Origin: a virus
Reading direction: 5' to 3' (one strand)
Virus record (IMG/VR): IMGVR_UViG_3300044716_000844
Location: 31,587 to 95,586 of that record
Length of the DNA stretch: 64,000 bases
Under the pieces are notes generated by a model that saw only the letters and a list, made by a program, of their open reading frames with translations, was not told the origin of the DNA and did no database searches. Every line of letters begins with the position of its first letter. Within the stretch, counting starts at the first letter, position 1. This document shows, in pieces, positions 29,705 through 37,959 of this stretch. Position numbers and translations under genes: made by a program.

Positions 29705-31413
29705 TGTTAACATTTACCCAAGTAAAATATAAAAACATTCTGTCGACAGGTAATGCTTGGACTACTATTGAGCTTAACCGTAACAAAAGTACTTTGATCG
29801 TCGGCGAGAATGGTGCAGGAAAGTCGACCATTCTCGATGCAATTTCATTTGCGTTGTATGGTAAAGCGTTTCGTAAGATTAACAAACCACAGCTCATGAA
29901 CTCTATCAACCAGAGAGATCTTTCAGTTGAAGTTTACTTTCAATCGAACGGCGCTGAGTTTGTTATCAAGCGGGGTATGAAGCCAAATCTCTTTGAGATC
30001 TGGAAGAACGGCGAGTTACTCAACCAAGATGCTTCTGCTCGTGACTACCAAGCTTATCTTGAAGATAGCATTCTCAAGATGAACTACAAGTCATTCGGTC
30101 AAGTTGTCGTTCTTGGCAGTTCCACCTTTGTCCCATTCATGCAACTTCCGGCTCAACACCGTCGTGAAGTGATCGAAGACCTTCTTGATATTCAGATCTT
30201 CAGCACAATGAATAACCTTCTCAAAGAAAAGGTGAACACAAACAAATCTGACCTGGTGCAGATCAAATACGATGTTGATCTTGTAAAGACGAAGATTGAT
30301 TCTGCGAAGGAACACAACGAGTCTATTCGTAAGCTGAAAGAAAGCGAAGTGTCTCGTATTAAGACGAAGATGCAAGAACGCTTCGAGTTTATTGACGGCG
30401 AAGAAAGCAGAGCTGAAGAACTTGAAGAGCAGATAACCGCTCTCATCGGAACAATCTCTGATAAAGCTGAAGCATCTAGCAAACTTCAGCAGTTTAAGAC
30501 TCTCAGAGGCGATCTGAATACGAAGCTTGGTACTCTTCATAAAGACGTCAAGTTCTATCATGCGCATGACAATTGTCCAACATGCCGGCAAGGAATCGAG
30601 CACGACTTTAAAGCATCAACCATCAACGAGAAGTCTGGAAAAATTTCTGAGATCGAAAACGCCATTCTAGTTCTTGATGACAAAGCAGCGAAAGTCGAAG
30701 AACGGTTGTCCAATATTGCTAATACTGAGACTGAAATACATAAACTCAGTCTCGCAAGGAATGAGCATACCGCGAACATACGAATCGCAAAGTCAACGAT
30801 TGTTGGACTTAAAAAAGAACTCGATGAAGCAGAAAAGAACGTTGCTGAAATCGATACAAGTAAGATCGTTGGATACAAGGAAGAGCTAAAAATTCTTATG
30901 GATAAGGCGAAAGACCTTTCTGAAGACAAAGAGACTCTTGCTGTGGTTGGGTCTATGCTAAAAGACGGCGGTATCAAGACTCGTATCATCAAGCAGTACG
31001 TTCCTATCATGAATAAGCTGATCAATAAATATCTCGCAGCAATGGAGTTCTTTGTTGACTTTCAGCTCGATGAAAGCTTTAACGAGAAGATCTTGTCTCG
31101 TTTCCGCGATGAGTTCTCCTATGCTTCTTTTAGTGAAGGTGAAAAGCTTCGTATTGACTTGGCTTTGATGTTTACGTGGCGTGCAGTATCTAAGCTTCGT
31201 AACTCAGTGACTACAAATCTGTTGATTATGGACGAAGTTCTCGACGGTTCTCTTGACCAAGCTGGTACCGATGAGTTCCTAAAGATCGTCAACGAGATTA
31301 CTGCTGACTCGAACGTCTTCATCATCAGCCACAAAGGCGACTCTCTTCACGATAAGTTTGATCATGTGATTAAGTTTGAAAAGAAAAAGAACTTTAGCCA
31401 GATAGCAGCATGA
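29704..31413 (+). CDS. gp46: Recombination ATPase gp46 (Rad50-like)
   Basis: GENGAGKST, CPTC zinc hook, FSEGEK, LIMDE. Confidence 0.96.
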   Translation: MLTFTQVKYKNILSTGNAWTTIELNRNKSTLIVGENGAGKSTILDAISFALYGKAFRKINKPQLMNSINQRDLSVEVYFQSNGAEFVIKRGMKPNLFEIWKNGELLNQDASARDYQAYLEDSILKMNYKSFGQVVVLGSSTFVPFMQLPAQHRREVIEDLLDIQIFSTMNNLLKEKVNTNKSDLVQIKYDVDLVKTKIDSAKEHNESIRKLKESEVSRIKTKMQERFEFIDGEESRAEELEEQITALIGTISDKAEASSKLQQFKTLRGDLNTKLGTLHKDVKFYHAHDNCPTCRQGIEHDFKASTINEKSGKISEIENAILVLDDKAAKVEERLSNIANTETEIHKLSLARNEHTANIRIAKSTIVGLKKELDEAEKNVAEIDTSKIVGYKEELKILMDKAKDLSEDKETLAVVGSMLKDGGIKTRIIKQYVPIMNKLINKYLAAMEFFVDFQLDESFNEKILSRFRDEFSYASFSEGEKLRIDLALMFTWRAVSKLRNSVTTNLLIMDEVLDGSLDQAGTDEFLKIVNEITADSNVFIISHKGDSLHDKFDHVIKFEKKKNFSQIAA

Positions 31414-31420
31414 GGGTAGC

Positions 31421-31570
31421 ATGTCGAGGAAACATCTTGAAGAAGAACTCAAAAAAATCGCAGATCGTATTATAGTCCTCGAATCTGAGAAGGTAGATGA
31501 GAAATATATTAAGCCGCTTTATACTGAGCGGTCAAAAATGATTCAAAAGTGGTGGGAGATTGATGAATAG
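31421..31570 (+). CDS. Small hypothetical protein (49 aa, MSRKHLEEELKK...; not in ORF track)
   Basis: Hand translation; RBS GAGG; overlaps next start. Confidence 0.5.
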   Translation: MSRKHLEEELKKIADRIIVLESEKVDEKYIKPLYTERSKMIQKWWEIDE

Positions 31571-32264
31571 ATTTATTTTTGATGTTGATGGTACACTTAC
31601 ACCATCTCGTGATGTGATTGACCCTATCTTTAAGACTTGGTTTCTACGATTTTGTTCGAACAACCCAGTCTATATCGTAACCGGAAGCGATAAGGCAAAG
31701 ACTATTGAGCAAATCGGGCAAGACGTATGGGACGCTTGTGCTCGAGTGTATCAATGTTCAGGTAACGATGTATGGGAAAACGGTGAAAGCATTCGAGTTA
31801 ACTCGTTTGAACCTACGGACGACATGAACAAGTTCTTCTCAATTTGGCTTAACTTAAGTAACTACAAGATAAGAACTGGACAACATGTAGATGTACGTCC
31901 AGGTCTGATTAACTTCAGTATCATCGGCCGCGGAGCCACAAAGGGCGAACGAGCCGATTATGTAAAATACGATGAAGAGAACGGTGATCGCCGTACTATC
32001 GCTGAAGCATTCAATAACTACTTTAGACCTGGTTACGTTGCTCAGGTGGCTGGTGAGACGGGTATCGATATTATGAGAGCCGGAGAAGATAAGTCACAGA
32101 TCATTCGTGACTTTACTTCAGGCGATAGACTACACTTCTTTGGTGATAAGATTATGCCTGGCGGTAATGATTACACCCTTGCGGCTGAAGTAATTAAAAG
32201 AAGTGGAAGTGTTTATAGTGTAAGAGATTGGAGAGAGACATGGCAGCACCTGAAAAGATCATAG
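31563..32264 (+). CDS. HAD-IIB hydrolase, eukaryotic-type phosphomannomutase-like
   Basis: FDVDGTLT, VTGSD, INFS.IGR, FFGDKIMPGGNDY. Confidence 0.85.
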   Translation: MNRFIFDVDGTLTPSRDVIDPIFKTWFLRFCSNNPVYIVTGSDKAKTIEQIGQDVWDACARVYQCSGNDVWENGESIRVNSFEPTDDMNKFFSIWLNLSNYKIRTGQHVDVRPGLINFSIIGRGATKGERADYVKYDEENGDRRTIAEAFNNYFRPGYVAQVAGETGIDIMRAGEDKSQIIRDFTSGDRLHFFGDKIMPGGNDYTLAAEVIKRSGSVYSVRDWRETWQHLKRS

Positions 32265-32683
32265 GATTTACTGCATCAACGTTTGACCTTCTTCATGCTG
32301 GTCATATCTCAATGCTGCGTGAAGCAAAAGAGCACTGTACCTATCTTATCGCTGCTTTGCAGGTAGATCCGTCTATCGACCGCAAAGAGAAGAACAAACC
32401 GGTTCAAACACTCGTAGAACGATACGTACAATTGTCTGCAGTGAAGTATGTAGATGAGATTGTGTGCTATGTGACTGAGCAAGATCTTGTTGACATTCTG
32501 CAGATGTATGATATAAATGTAAGGATACTTGGTGACGAGTACAAAGACAAAGACTTCACGGGTAAAGATGTGTGTCAAGCCCGAGGTATTGATTTGTACT
32601 TTAACAAGCGAGACCATCGCTTCAGTAGTTCTGGTCTACGTAAACGAATTTATGATATGGAGAAACTAAAAGATGTCAACTAA
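32240..32683 (+). CDS. Cytidylyltransferase (TagD / glycerol-3-phosphate cytidylyltransferase-like)
   Basis: FDLLHAGH (HxGH), KYVDE, R...SSSGLR. Confidence 0.85.
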   Translation: MAAPEKIIGFTASTFDLLHAGHISMLREAKEHCTYLIAALQVDPSIDRKEKNKPVQTLVERYVQLSAVKYVDEIVCYVTEQDLVDILQMYDINVRILGDEYKDKDFTGKDVCQARGIDLYFNKRDHRFSSSGLRKRIYDMEKLKDVN

Positions 32684-33095
32684 CTGGGTACAGGATATTA
32701 ACGACATGCATGCTAAGTTCGGCGTGCATAAGTGGGTAGGACAAAAGCTTACTGAAGGTGACATTGAGTCTCTTCGTAAATTCATGCAGTTTCGTATTGA
32801 CTTTCTCAAAGAAGAGTTGGCTGAAACTGAAAAAGCTTTTGGTACCTATGACGCAGAAGAGATCGTCGATGGTCTCATCGATCTTTGTGTTGTGGCTATC
32901 GGTACACTTGATGCTTTTGGTATCGACGCCCACAAAGCTTGGGATGCAGTTCATTCAGCAAACATGAGCAAGGAACCAGGTGTGAAACCTTCACGACCCA
33001 ATCCGCTTGGGCTACCTGATCTGATCAAGCCTGAAGGGTGGACTGCTCCTTCTCATGAAGGTAATCACTCGATCATGGGAATTTTGCACAAATAA
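32673..33095 (+). CDS. MazG-like / PRA-PH-type NTP pyrophosphohydrolase
   Basis: EELAE, EIVDGLIDL, VHSANMSK, KPEGW.AP. Confidence 0.8.
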   Translation: MSTNWVQDINDMHAKFGVHKWVGQKLTEGDIESLRKFMQFRIDFLKEELAETEKAFGTYDAEEIVDGLIDLCVVAIGTLDAFGIDAHKAWDAVHSANMSKEPGVKPSRPNPLGLPDLIKPEGWTAPSHEGNHSIMGILHK

Positions 33096-33108
33096 TGCAT
33101 TTTAGGGG

Positions 33109-33137
33109 TTGACATCTGAGGAGATGTAGTTTATAGG
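33109..33137 (+). promoter_or_regulatory. Early sigma70-type promoter
   Basis: TTGACA-N17-TATAGG. Confidence 0.65.
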
Positions 33138-33164
33138 TATACTCTAACGTGAAAAGGAAATCAC

Positions 33165-33509
33165 ATGTCCTATACCTACACTCCCACCAATCGTTTTTTC
33201 ATCGACAACCACTACAACCCCGAACTCGACACTGACAAAACTCCTTTCACATCTCAACAAATTCTTGACTACATCACATCCATCGACCACCAAACGGCTG
33301 AGATTAACGGAAATATCGTCATCGCGGAATATACTATCGACGGAAAATACAAATATCCTGTCATCGCATTCCCTCACGACATTTGGACTCCTACCGGAAA
33401 AATCAAAAAATCTTTCAAACAATCTTTGGAACCCATACCCTATAACGACGATTACACTCCCACAAATCTTTGGCCACAACCTTACGACAAAAAAAGTGAA
33501 AAAATGTGA
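33165..33509 (+). CDS. Hypothetical early protein (114 aa, G-poor coding strand)
   Basis: RBS AAGGA; own promoter. Confidence 0.65.
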   Translation: MSYTYTPTNRFFIDNHYNPELDTDKTPFTSQQILDYITSIDHQTAEINGNIVIAEYTIDGKYKYPVIAFPHDIWTPTGKIKKSFKQSLEPIPYNDDYTPTNLWPQPYDKKSEKM

Positions 33510-33528
33510 AAAAAGTGCGCTCAGCCAG

Positions 33529-33557
33529 TTGACATTGGCTGAGCGATGTACTATATT
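33529..33557 (+). promoter_or_regulatory. Early sigma70-type promoter with -35 inside a 10 bp inverted repeat
   Basis: TTGACA-N17-TATATT; CGCTCAGCCA/TGGCTGAGCG. Confidence 0.75.
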
Positions 33558-33591
33558 CATATAGTAAGGCAAAACAAAGAAGGTAGAGAAA

Positions 33592-33954
33592 ATGACCAAG
33601 TTCGCAAAATTCGATCGTAAGAACCTCACTGCCCTTCGCGCTGAAATGAGCGCTCTACTGAGCAAGTACGGTGTTGACTCGAACCTCGAGTTTTATGTCG
33701 GTGATATGAAATTTAGCGAAGCTGAAGTTGAGATCAAAGTGAAAGCGAAAGTTACCGGTGCAAAGACTCTCACTAACGTGATCCTTGAGTCTCGTGCTGC
33801 TGCTCTCGGTTTGAAGATCAAAAACAAATTTGGTGACGAGCTTGTAGACTACAACACTCGTGCCCACAAGATGCCCTTCGTGTATATCAATGCTGCTGAC
33901 GGTAAGCGTTACAAGTGCGACGAACGTATGGCAAAAATGCGCTTCGCAGCTTAA
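33592..33954 (+). CDS. Hypothetical early protein (120 aa)
   Basis: Promoter + RBS; phage-like codon use. Confidence 0.7.
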   Translation: MTKFAKFDRKNLTALRAEMSALLSKYGVDSNLEFYVGDMKFSEAEVEIKVKAKVTGAKTLTNVILESRAAALGLKIKNKFGDELVDYNTRAHKMPFVYINAADGKRYKCDERMAKMRFAA

Positions 33955-33970
33955 TTTGTGAAAAGAGGGG

Positions 33971-33999
33971 TTGACATTCTTCTCCTCTTGACTTATATC
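33971..33999 (+). promoter_or_regulatory. Early sigma70-type promoter
   Basis: TTGACA-N17-TATATC. Confidence 0.65.
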
Positions 34000-34028
34000 T
34001 AACTGGTAACCAACAGAAAGAGAATATC

Positions 34029-34262
34029 ATGACTCGCACTACCAACTACGTTATGACAGTCGATCTTGAAAACGGTAAAGCCAATGACGATCTTTTGACT
34101 CTCGTTCGTACTCTCATCCGTCTTGAGAACAAGTATACCGGCTCTAAAAAGTATGTGAAGCTGCAGGGTCGTGGCCCTCGTCTCGGCAATCGGCGGTATA
34201 ACCAATCGCTTCCTTTGCCTCTTGCAAAAACCGCTGACGTTTACATTTACGAACGGAACTAA
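34029..34262 (+). CDS. Hypothetical protein (77 aa)
   Basis: VKLQGRGPR...ADVYIYER; follows promoter. Confidence 0.65.
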   Translation: MTRTTNYVMTVDLENGKANDDLLTLVRTLIRLENKYTGSKKYVKLQGRGPRLGNRRYNQSLPLPLAKTADVYIYERN

Positions 34263-34264
34263 TC

Positions 34265-34513
34265 ATGGCTACCTTTGATCTTGACGTTCTTCGTGGTCTC
34301 GAAAATCTTTCGCTTGACGAGGCTAAAACTATTTCAATCGACATCATCAAAACCAGTAAGACAAAGCCTGCTGTCATGAATCGATTGGTTAATGACCTCA
34401 CGAAAGCCCCTACCCCGAAAGAAGTCTCACGCATTATGTGGCAGACTTACATGTCTGGAACCGGCTTTGGAACACTCAACTCAGCTTGGAAAAAGCATTA
34501 TAAAAGTGTATAA
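34265..34513 (+). CDS. Hypothetical protein (82 aa)
   Basis: Operonic ORF. Confidence 0.65.
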   Translation: MATFDLDVLRGLENLSLDEAKTISIDIIKTSKTKPAVMNRLVNDLTKAPTPKEVSRIMWQTYMSGTGFGTLNSAWKKHYKSV

Positions 34514-35088
34514 TGATGATTTGTAAAGTACCAGAAAAAATTACCTTTGTACTAACTGAAGATCAGAAGAACCATATTCTTCAAATGGCAAAGGAAATTC
34601 ATGCCTGTCCTGTGCGCTCGCGGGGCAGGCCTTATGACATGATCTATAGAGCTGTACGCAATGGTGCTATTCTTGAATATGCTCTTGTAGCTCAAGGCGC
34701 TACTAAGAACGACGCCACATTCGATCATACTGATCCACTCACATACTGTTGGGATGTATTCTGGGATGGTCTTCGTGCAGAAGTGAAGTGTTTTTACTTC
34801 GATGAAAATACCCGATGGGTATCATTCCCATTACGGTTTGTGCAAACATTTATAAACACTACGCGACGAGGCAGAAATCTTGTTGACATAATCATCTTTG
34901 GGTATTATACTGAGAGTAAGGATGGCGAGATCACTGCAAAATGGCGCCTTGTAGCGCCAAGTGATACGTTCGAGTCACGACTGCGAAAATGCAATAGCGA
35001 ATATAAAAGTAGCTATGATCAGTACACCGGTCAGCTTAAGTACTTCTATTCTCATCCGGCTGAGCCGCGAGCAATTTATATTAAGTGA
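34513..35088 (+). CDS. Hypothetical protein, possible PD-(D/E)xK nuclease fold
   Basis: GAILE ... WDV ... AEVK spacing. Confidence 0.4.
   Translation: MMICKVPEKITFVLTEDQKNHILQMAKEIHACPVRSRGRPYDMIYRAVRNGAILEYALVAQGATKNDATFDHTDPLTYCWDVFWDGLRAEVKCFYFDENTRWVSFPLRFVQTFINTTRRGRNLVDIIIFGYYTESKDGEITAKWRLVAPSDTFESRLRKCNSEYKSSYDQYTGQLKYFYSHPAEPRAIYIK
34883..34911 (+). promoter_or_regulatory. Sigma70-type promoter inside the CDS, upstream of the DNA-modification cluster
   Basis: TTGACA-N17-TATACT. Confidence 0.7.
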
Positions 35089-35094
35089 GGTTTC

Positions 35095-35646
35095 ATGATT
35101 CTAATTATCGAAGGTATGGATCGTTGTGGTAAGTCGACACTCGTCGAACAACTGCGTAAACGATACTTTTTGAATAACACTCGAGTGCTCGTTCATCACT
35201 CGTCGTCTCCGCCAAAGGTGGTTAATCCGAATGAGTGGGAAGTGCATCACTACAAGTCACTACTTGATGCGAGCTACATGCTGAACTATGCTCATGACTT
35301 TGACGTAATCTATGATCGCTTCCACCTCGGTGCTATCGTCTATGGCAAGAAGTATCGCAACGCAGATCCAGAAGACATCTATGCAATCGAAAACATGTAC
35401 ATCCATCCTAATGATGAGATTGCTCTCGTTCTTCTGACTGATCATACCTCTGCGATCCTTGAACGTGACGACGATGACTCACTCGAATCGTCTGCTGCAG
35501 AGTTTGATGAAACTCGCGAAGCTTTTGAGCAAGCATTCAAACGATCAATCATTCCCAACAAACTTCACATCAATATCACTGAGAACGGTGGATTCATCAA
35601 TACTTATGATACCGTTACTCAATTTCTAGACGGAGTAAGAAAATGA
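35095..35646 (+). CDS. Thymidylate-kinase-like dNMP kinase
   Basis: P-loop IIEGMDRCGKST, YDRF motif. Confidence 0.75.
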   Translation: MILIIEGMDRCGKSTLVEQLRKRYFLNNTRVLVHHSSSPPKVVNPNEWEVHHYKSLLDASYMLNYAHDFDVIYDRFHLGAIVYGKKYRNADPEDIYAIENMYIHPNDEIALVLLTDHTSAILERDDDDSLESSAAEFDETREAFEQAFKRSIIPNKLHINITENGGFINTYDTVTQFLDGVRK

Positions 35647-36314
35647 AACAGTACAAAGTAAAAGACATTCGTATTGCACTTCGTGACAAGCTACACAAAC
35701 AAGACTTTGTTACAGACAAAACTGGTGTGAAGACTATTGAACTTATGGGTACGAGCTTCATCGCTGACGAAGATGCTATCTTCGGCCAAGTAAATTGGGA
35801 CTATGTTGAGCGTGAACTCGAGTGGTATAAGTCTATGTCGCTTAACGTGAACGACATTCCGGGTGGTGTAAAGCAAGAGACAAATCCGCCTCAGATCTGG
35901 ATGTCTGTTGCTGATCCTGATGGTCTTATCAATTCAAACTATGGTTGGGCAATCTGGCACGAAGATAACTGTGAACAGTATGAACACTGTGTTGCAGAGC
36001 TGAAGAAGAATCGTGACTCTCGTCGTGCAATTATGATTTACACTCGGCCACAAATGTGGTATGATTACAACAAGAACGGTCGTTCTGACTTCATGTGTAC
36101 AAACTCTGTGCAGTATCTTGTTCGTAATGATAAAGTCCATGCCGTTGTACAGATGCGATCGAACGATGCTATCTTTGGTTACAAGAATGACCGTGCATGG
36201 CAAGAGCATGTATTGAATAAAGTTGCTCAAGATACAGGTTATGCCCAAGGCGATATCATCTGGAACGCCGGAAGCCTTCACATCTATTCTCGACATTTCG
36301 GGTTGGTTGAATGA
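35643..36314 (+). CDS. gp42: dCMP hydroxymethylase (T4 gp42-like, thymidylate-synthase fold)
   Basis: INSNYGWAIW, SDFMCTNSVQY, MRSNDAIFGYKND.AW (Asp at the cytosine-specificity position), WNAGSLHIYSRHF closely match recalled T4 gp42. Confidence 0.88.
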   Translation: MKQYKVKDIRIALRDKLHKQDFVTDKTGVKTIELMGTSFIADEDAIFGQVNWDYVERELEWYKSMSLNVNDIPGGVKQETNPPQIWMSVADPDGLINSNYGWAIWHEDNCEQYEHCVAELKKNRDSRRAIMIYTRPQMWYDYNKNGRSDFMCTNSVQYLVRNDKVHAVVQMRSNDAIFGYKNDRAWQEHVLNKVAQDTGYAQGDIIWNAGSLHIYSRHFGLVE

Positions 36315-36763
36315 ATAAGTGGGATCATCGTTATCTTAAACTCGCTTATCAGATCGCTCAGTGGTCGAAAGATCCATCGAGTAAGATCGGTGCGGTCACC
36401 GTTGGATCCAAGGGTCAAGTCTTGTCTCAAGGATTCAACGGATTCCCTCGTGGCCTGAAAGATGATCCTGCTCGGCTGAATGATAGAGAAACGAAGTACC
36501 GTTATGTAGTTCATGCCGAAATGAATGCTATCTATAACGCTACTTACAATGGTGTATCTCTTGACGGTGCGACATTGTATGTCTATGGATTGCCTACTTG
36601 CTTTGAATGTGCTAAGGGTGTTATCCAAGTTGGCATTCGGAGAGTGGTCATGCCAAACCAAAAAATCGATGGTAAGTGGCTTGATTCATGGATGCAAAGC
36701 GAATCTTTCTTTACAGAAGCCGGAGTAGATTTTGACTTCATCGATTTTGATCCTGGGCGTTAA
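36311..36763 (+). CDS. cd: dCMP deaminase
   Basis: SKDPS, GFNG.PRG, HAEMNAI, PTC..C zinc motif. Confidence 0.92.
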   Translation: MNKWDHRYLKLAYQIAQWSKDPSSKIGAVTVGSKGQVLSQGFNGFPRGLKDDPARLNDRETKYRYVVHAEMNAIYNATYNGVSLDGATLYVYGLPTCFECAKGVIQVGIRRVVMPNQKIDGKWLDSWMQSESFFTEAGVDFDFIDFDPGR

Positions 36764-37097
36764 TCCCTCGAGTGGTAAACCGAACAAAACAAGTGCAACC
36801 ATCCAGCGACTTAACCGCTGGATGGACTTTCTTCATGTGAAACATTATTCGTTTACAAATGTGATCCATACGACTGGAAAGTATACACAAGATCTTGTTG
36901 ACTTTGAAGCATTGAGAACGTTCACAACTGATGCTAACAAGATCATCGCTCTAGGCCCCTTTGTTTCGAAATCACTAAATAGAGCACACATCAACCATTT
37001 TACACTTCCTCATCCGTCGCCTCTGAATCGACAGTTGAATGATAAGACCTTTGAACACGAATGTCTTATGAAGTGCAAAGCATTTATCGGAGAATGA
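36732..37097 (+). CDS. Uracil-DNA-glycosylase-fold small protein
   Basis: ILGVNPS, IIALG, LPHPSPLNR motifs. Confidence 0.6.
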   Translation: MTSSILILGVNPSSGKPNKTSATIQRLNRWMDFLHVKHYSFTNVIHTTGKYTQDLVDFEALRTFTTDANKIIALGPFVSKSLNRAHINHFTLPHPSPLNRQLNDKTFEHECLMKCKAFIGE

Positions 37098-37098
37098 T

Positions 37099-37959
37099 AT
37101 GAAAGTACTCATAACTGGTGCAAGTGGATATATCGGATCACACATCGTAAAAGCACTCTATAACAAAGGGTATACCATCGATACGCTCGACCAACGTATC
37201 ACTCAGAACACTGGGATGATACAACATATGGTGAATCGTATTCATCATGGAGATATCACTGAACATATCAACATCACTACTCATTACGACGCAGTGATTC
37301 ATTGTGCTGCACTTATTTCTGTCGAAGAGTCGATGAGAATGCCGGAGTCTTACTACGATGTAAATACAAATGGTACGCTTAAACTTCTTCAAAGTCTCAA
37401 GTATAATCATTTCATCTTTGCATCTACCGGTGGTGCATTTGACCCTATTTCGCCATATGCTAAATCAAAGATCATTGCTGAAGAAGCTGTTCGGCAGATC
37501 GCGGCCGAGTATTCAATCTTCAGGTTTTTCAACGTTGCAGGTAACGACGGAGAGCTTGGCCAACCTTATCCGGCGAGCCACATCATTCGAATTGCTGCAG
37601 AAGCTGCAGCTGGCAAGCGAGACAAGATGGTAATCTTTGGAAATGATTATGATACCCCTGATGGCACATGTATTCGTGACTATGTACATGTTGTCGATCT
37701 AGCTGAAGCCATTGTTCGAAGTGTTCCTCTTCCTGCAAATTCAAAATATGAATGCATCGGTTCTGGCCGAGGATTCTCGAATCTTGAAGTCATAAATACA
37801 ATGAAGGAAGTCAGCGGTATCGACTTTCCTGTAGAATTCGGTCCACGACGTTCTGGTGATCCAGCGAAACTTCTTGTTGACACCGTATCAAAGTATGTTA
37901 AGATTGATCATGATTTGAAAGATATGTGCCTCTCGGCTTACACTATGGAGTTGAAATGA
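37099..37959 (+). CDS. galE: UDP-glucose 4-epimerase-like NAD-dependent epimerase
   Basis: TGASGYIGSH, YAKSK (YxxxK), RFFNVAG, TPDGTCIRDYVHVVDLA, RRSGDPA. Confidence 0.88.
   Translation: MKVLITGASGYIGSHIVKALYNKGYTIDTLDQRITQNTGMIQHMVNRIHHGDITEHINITTHYDAVIHCAALISVEESMRMPESYYDVNTNGTLKLLQSLKYNHFIFASTGGAFDPISPYAKSKIIAEEAVRQIAAEYSIFRFFNVAGNDGELGQPYPASHIIRIAAEAAAGKRDKMVIFGNDYDTPDGTCIRDYVHVVDLAEAIVRSVPLPANSKYECIGSGRGFSNLEVINTMKEVSGIDFPVEFGPRRSGDPAKLLVDTVSKYVKIDHDLKDMCLSAYTMELK

Noticed and set aside
35643-36314. Calling this thymidylate synthase (thyA/td)
   Set aside because: It has Asp (YKND) at the position where dUMP-specific enzymes have Asn, and matches T4 gp42 motifs throughout.
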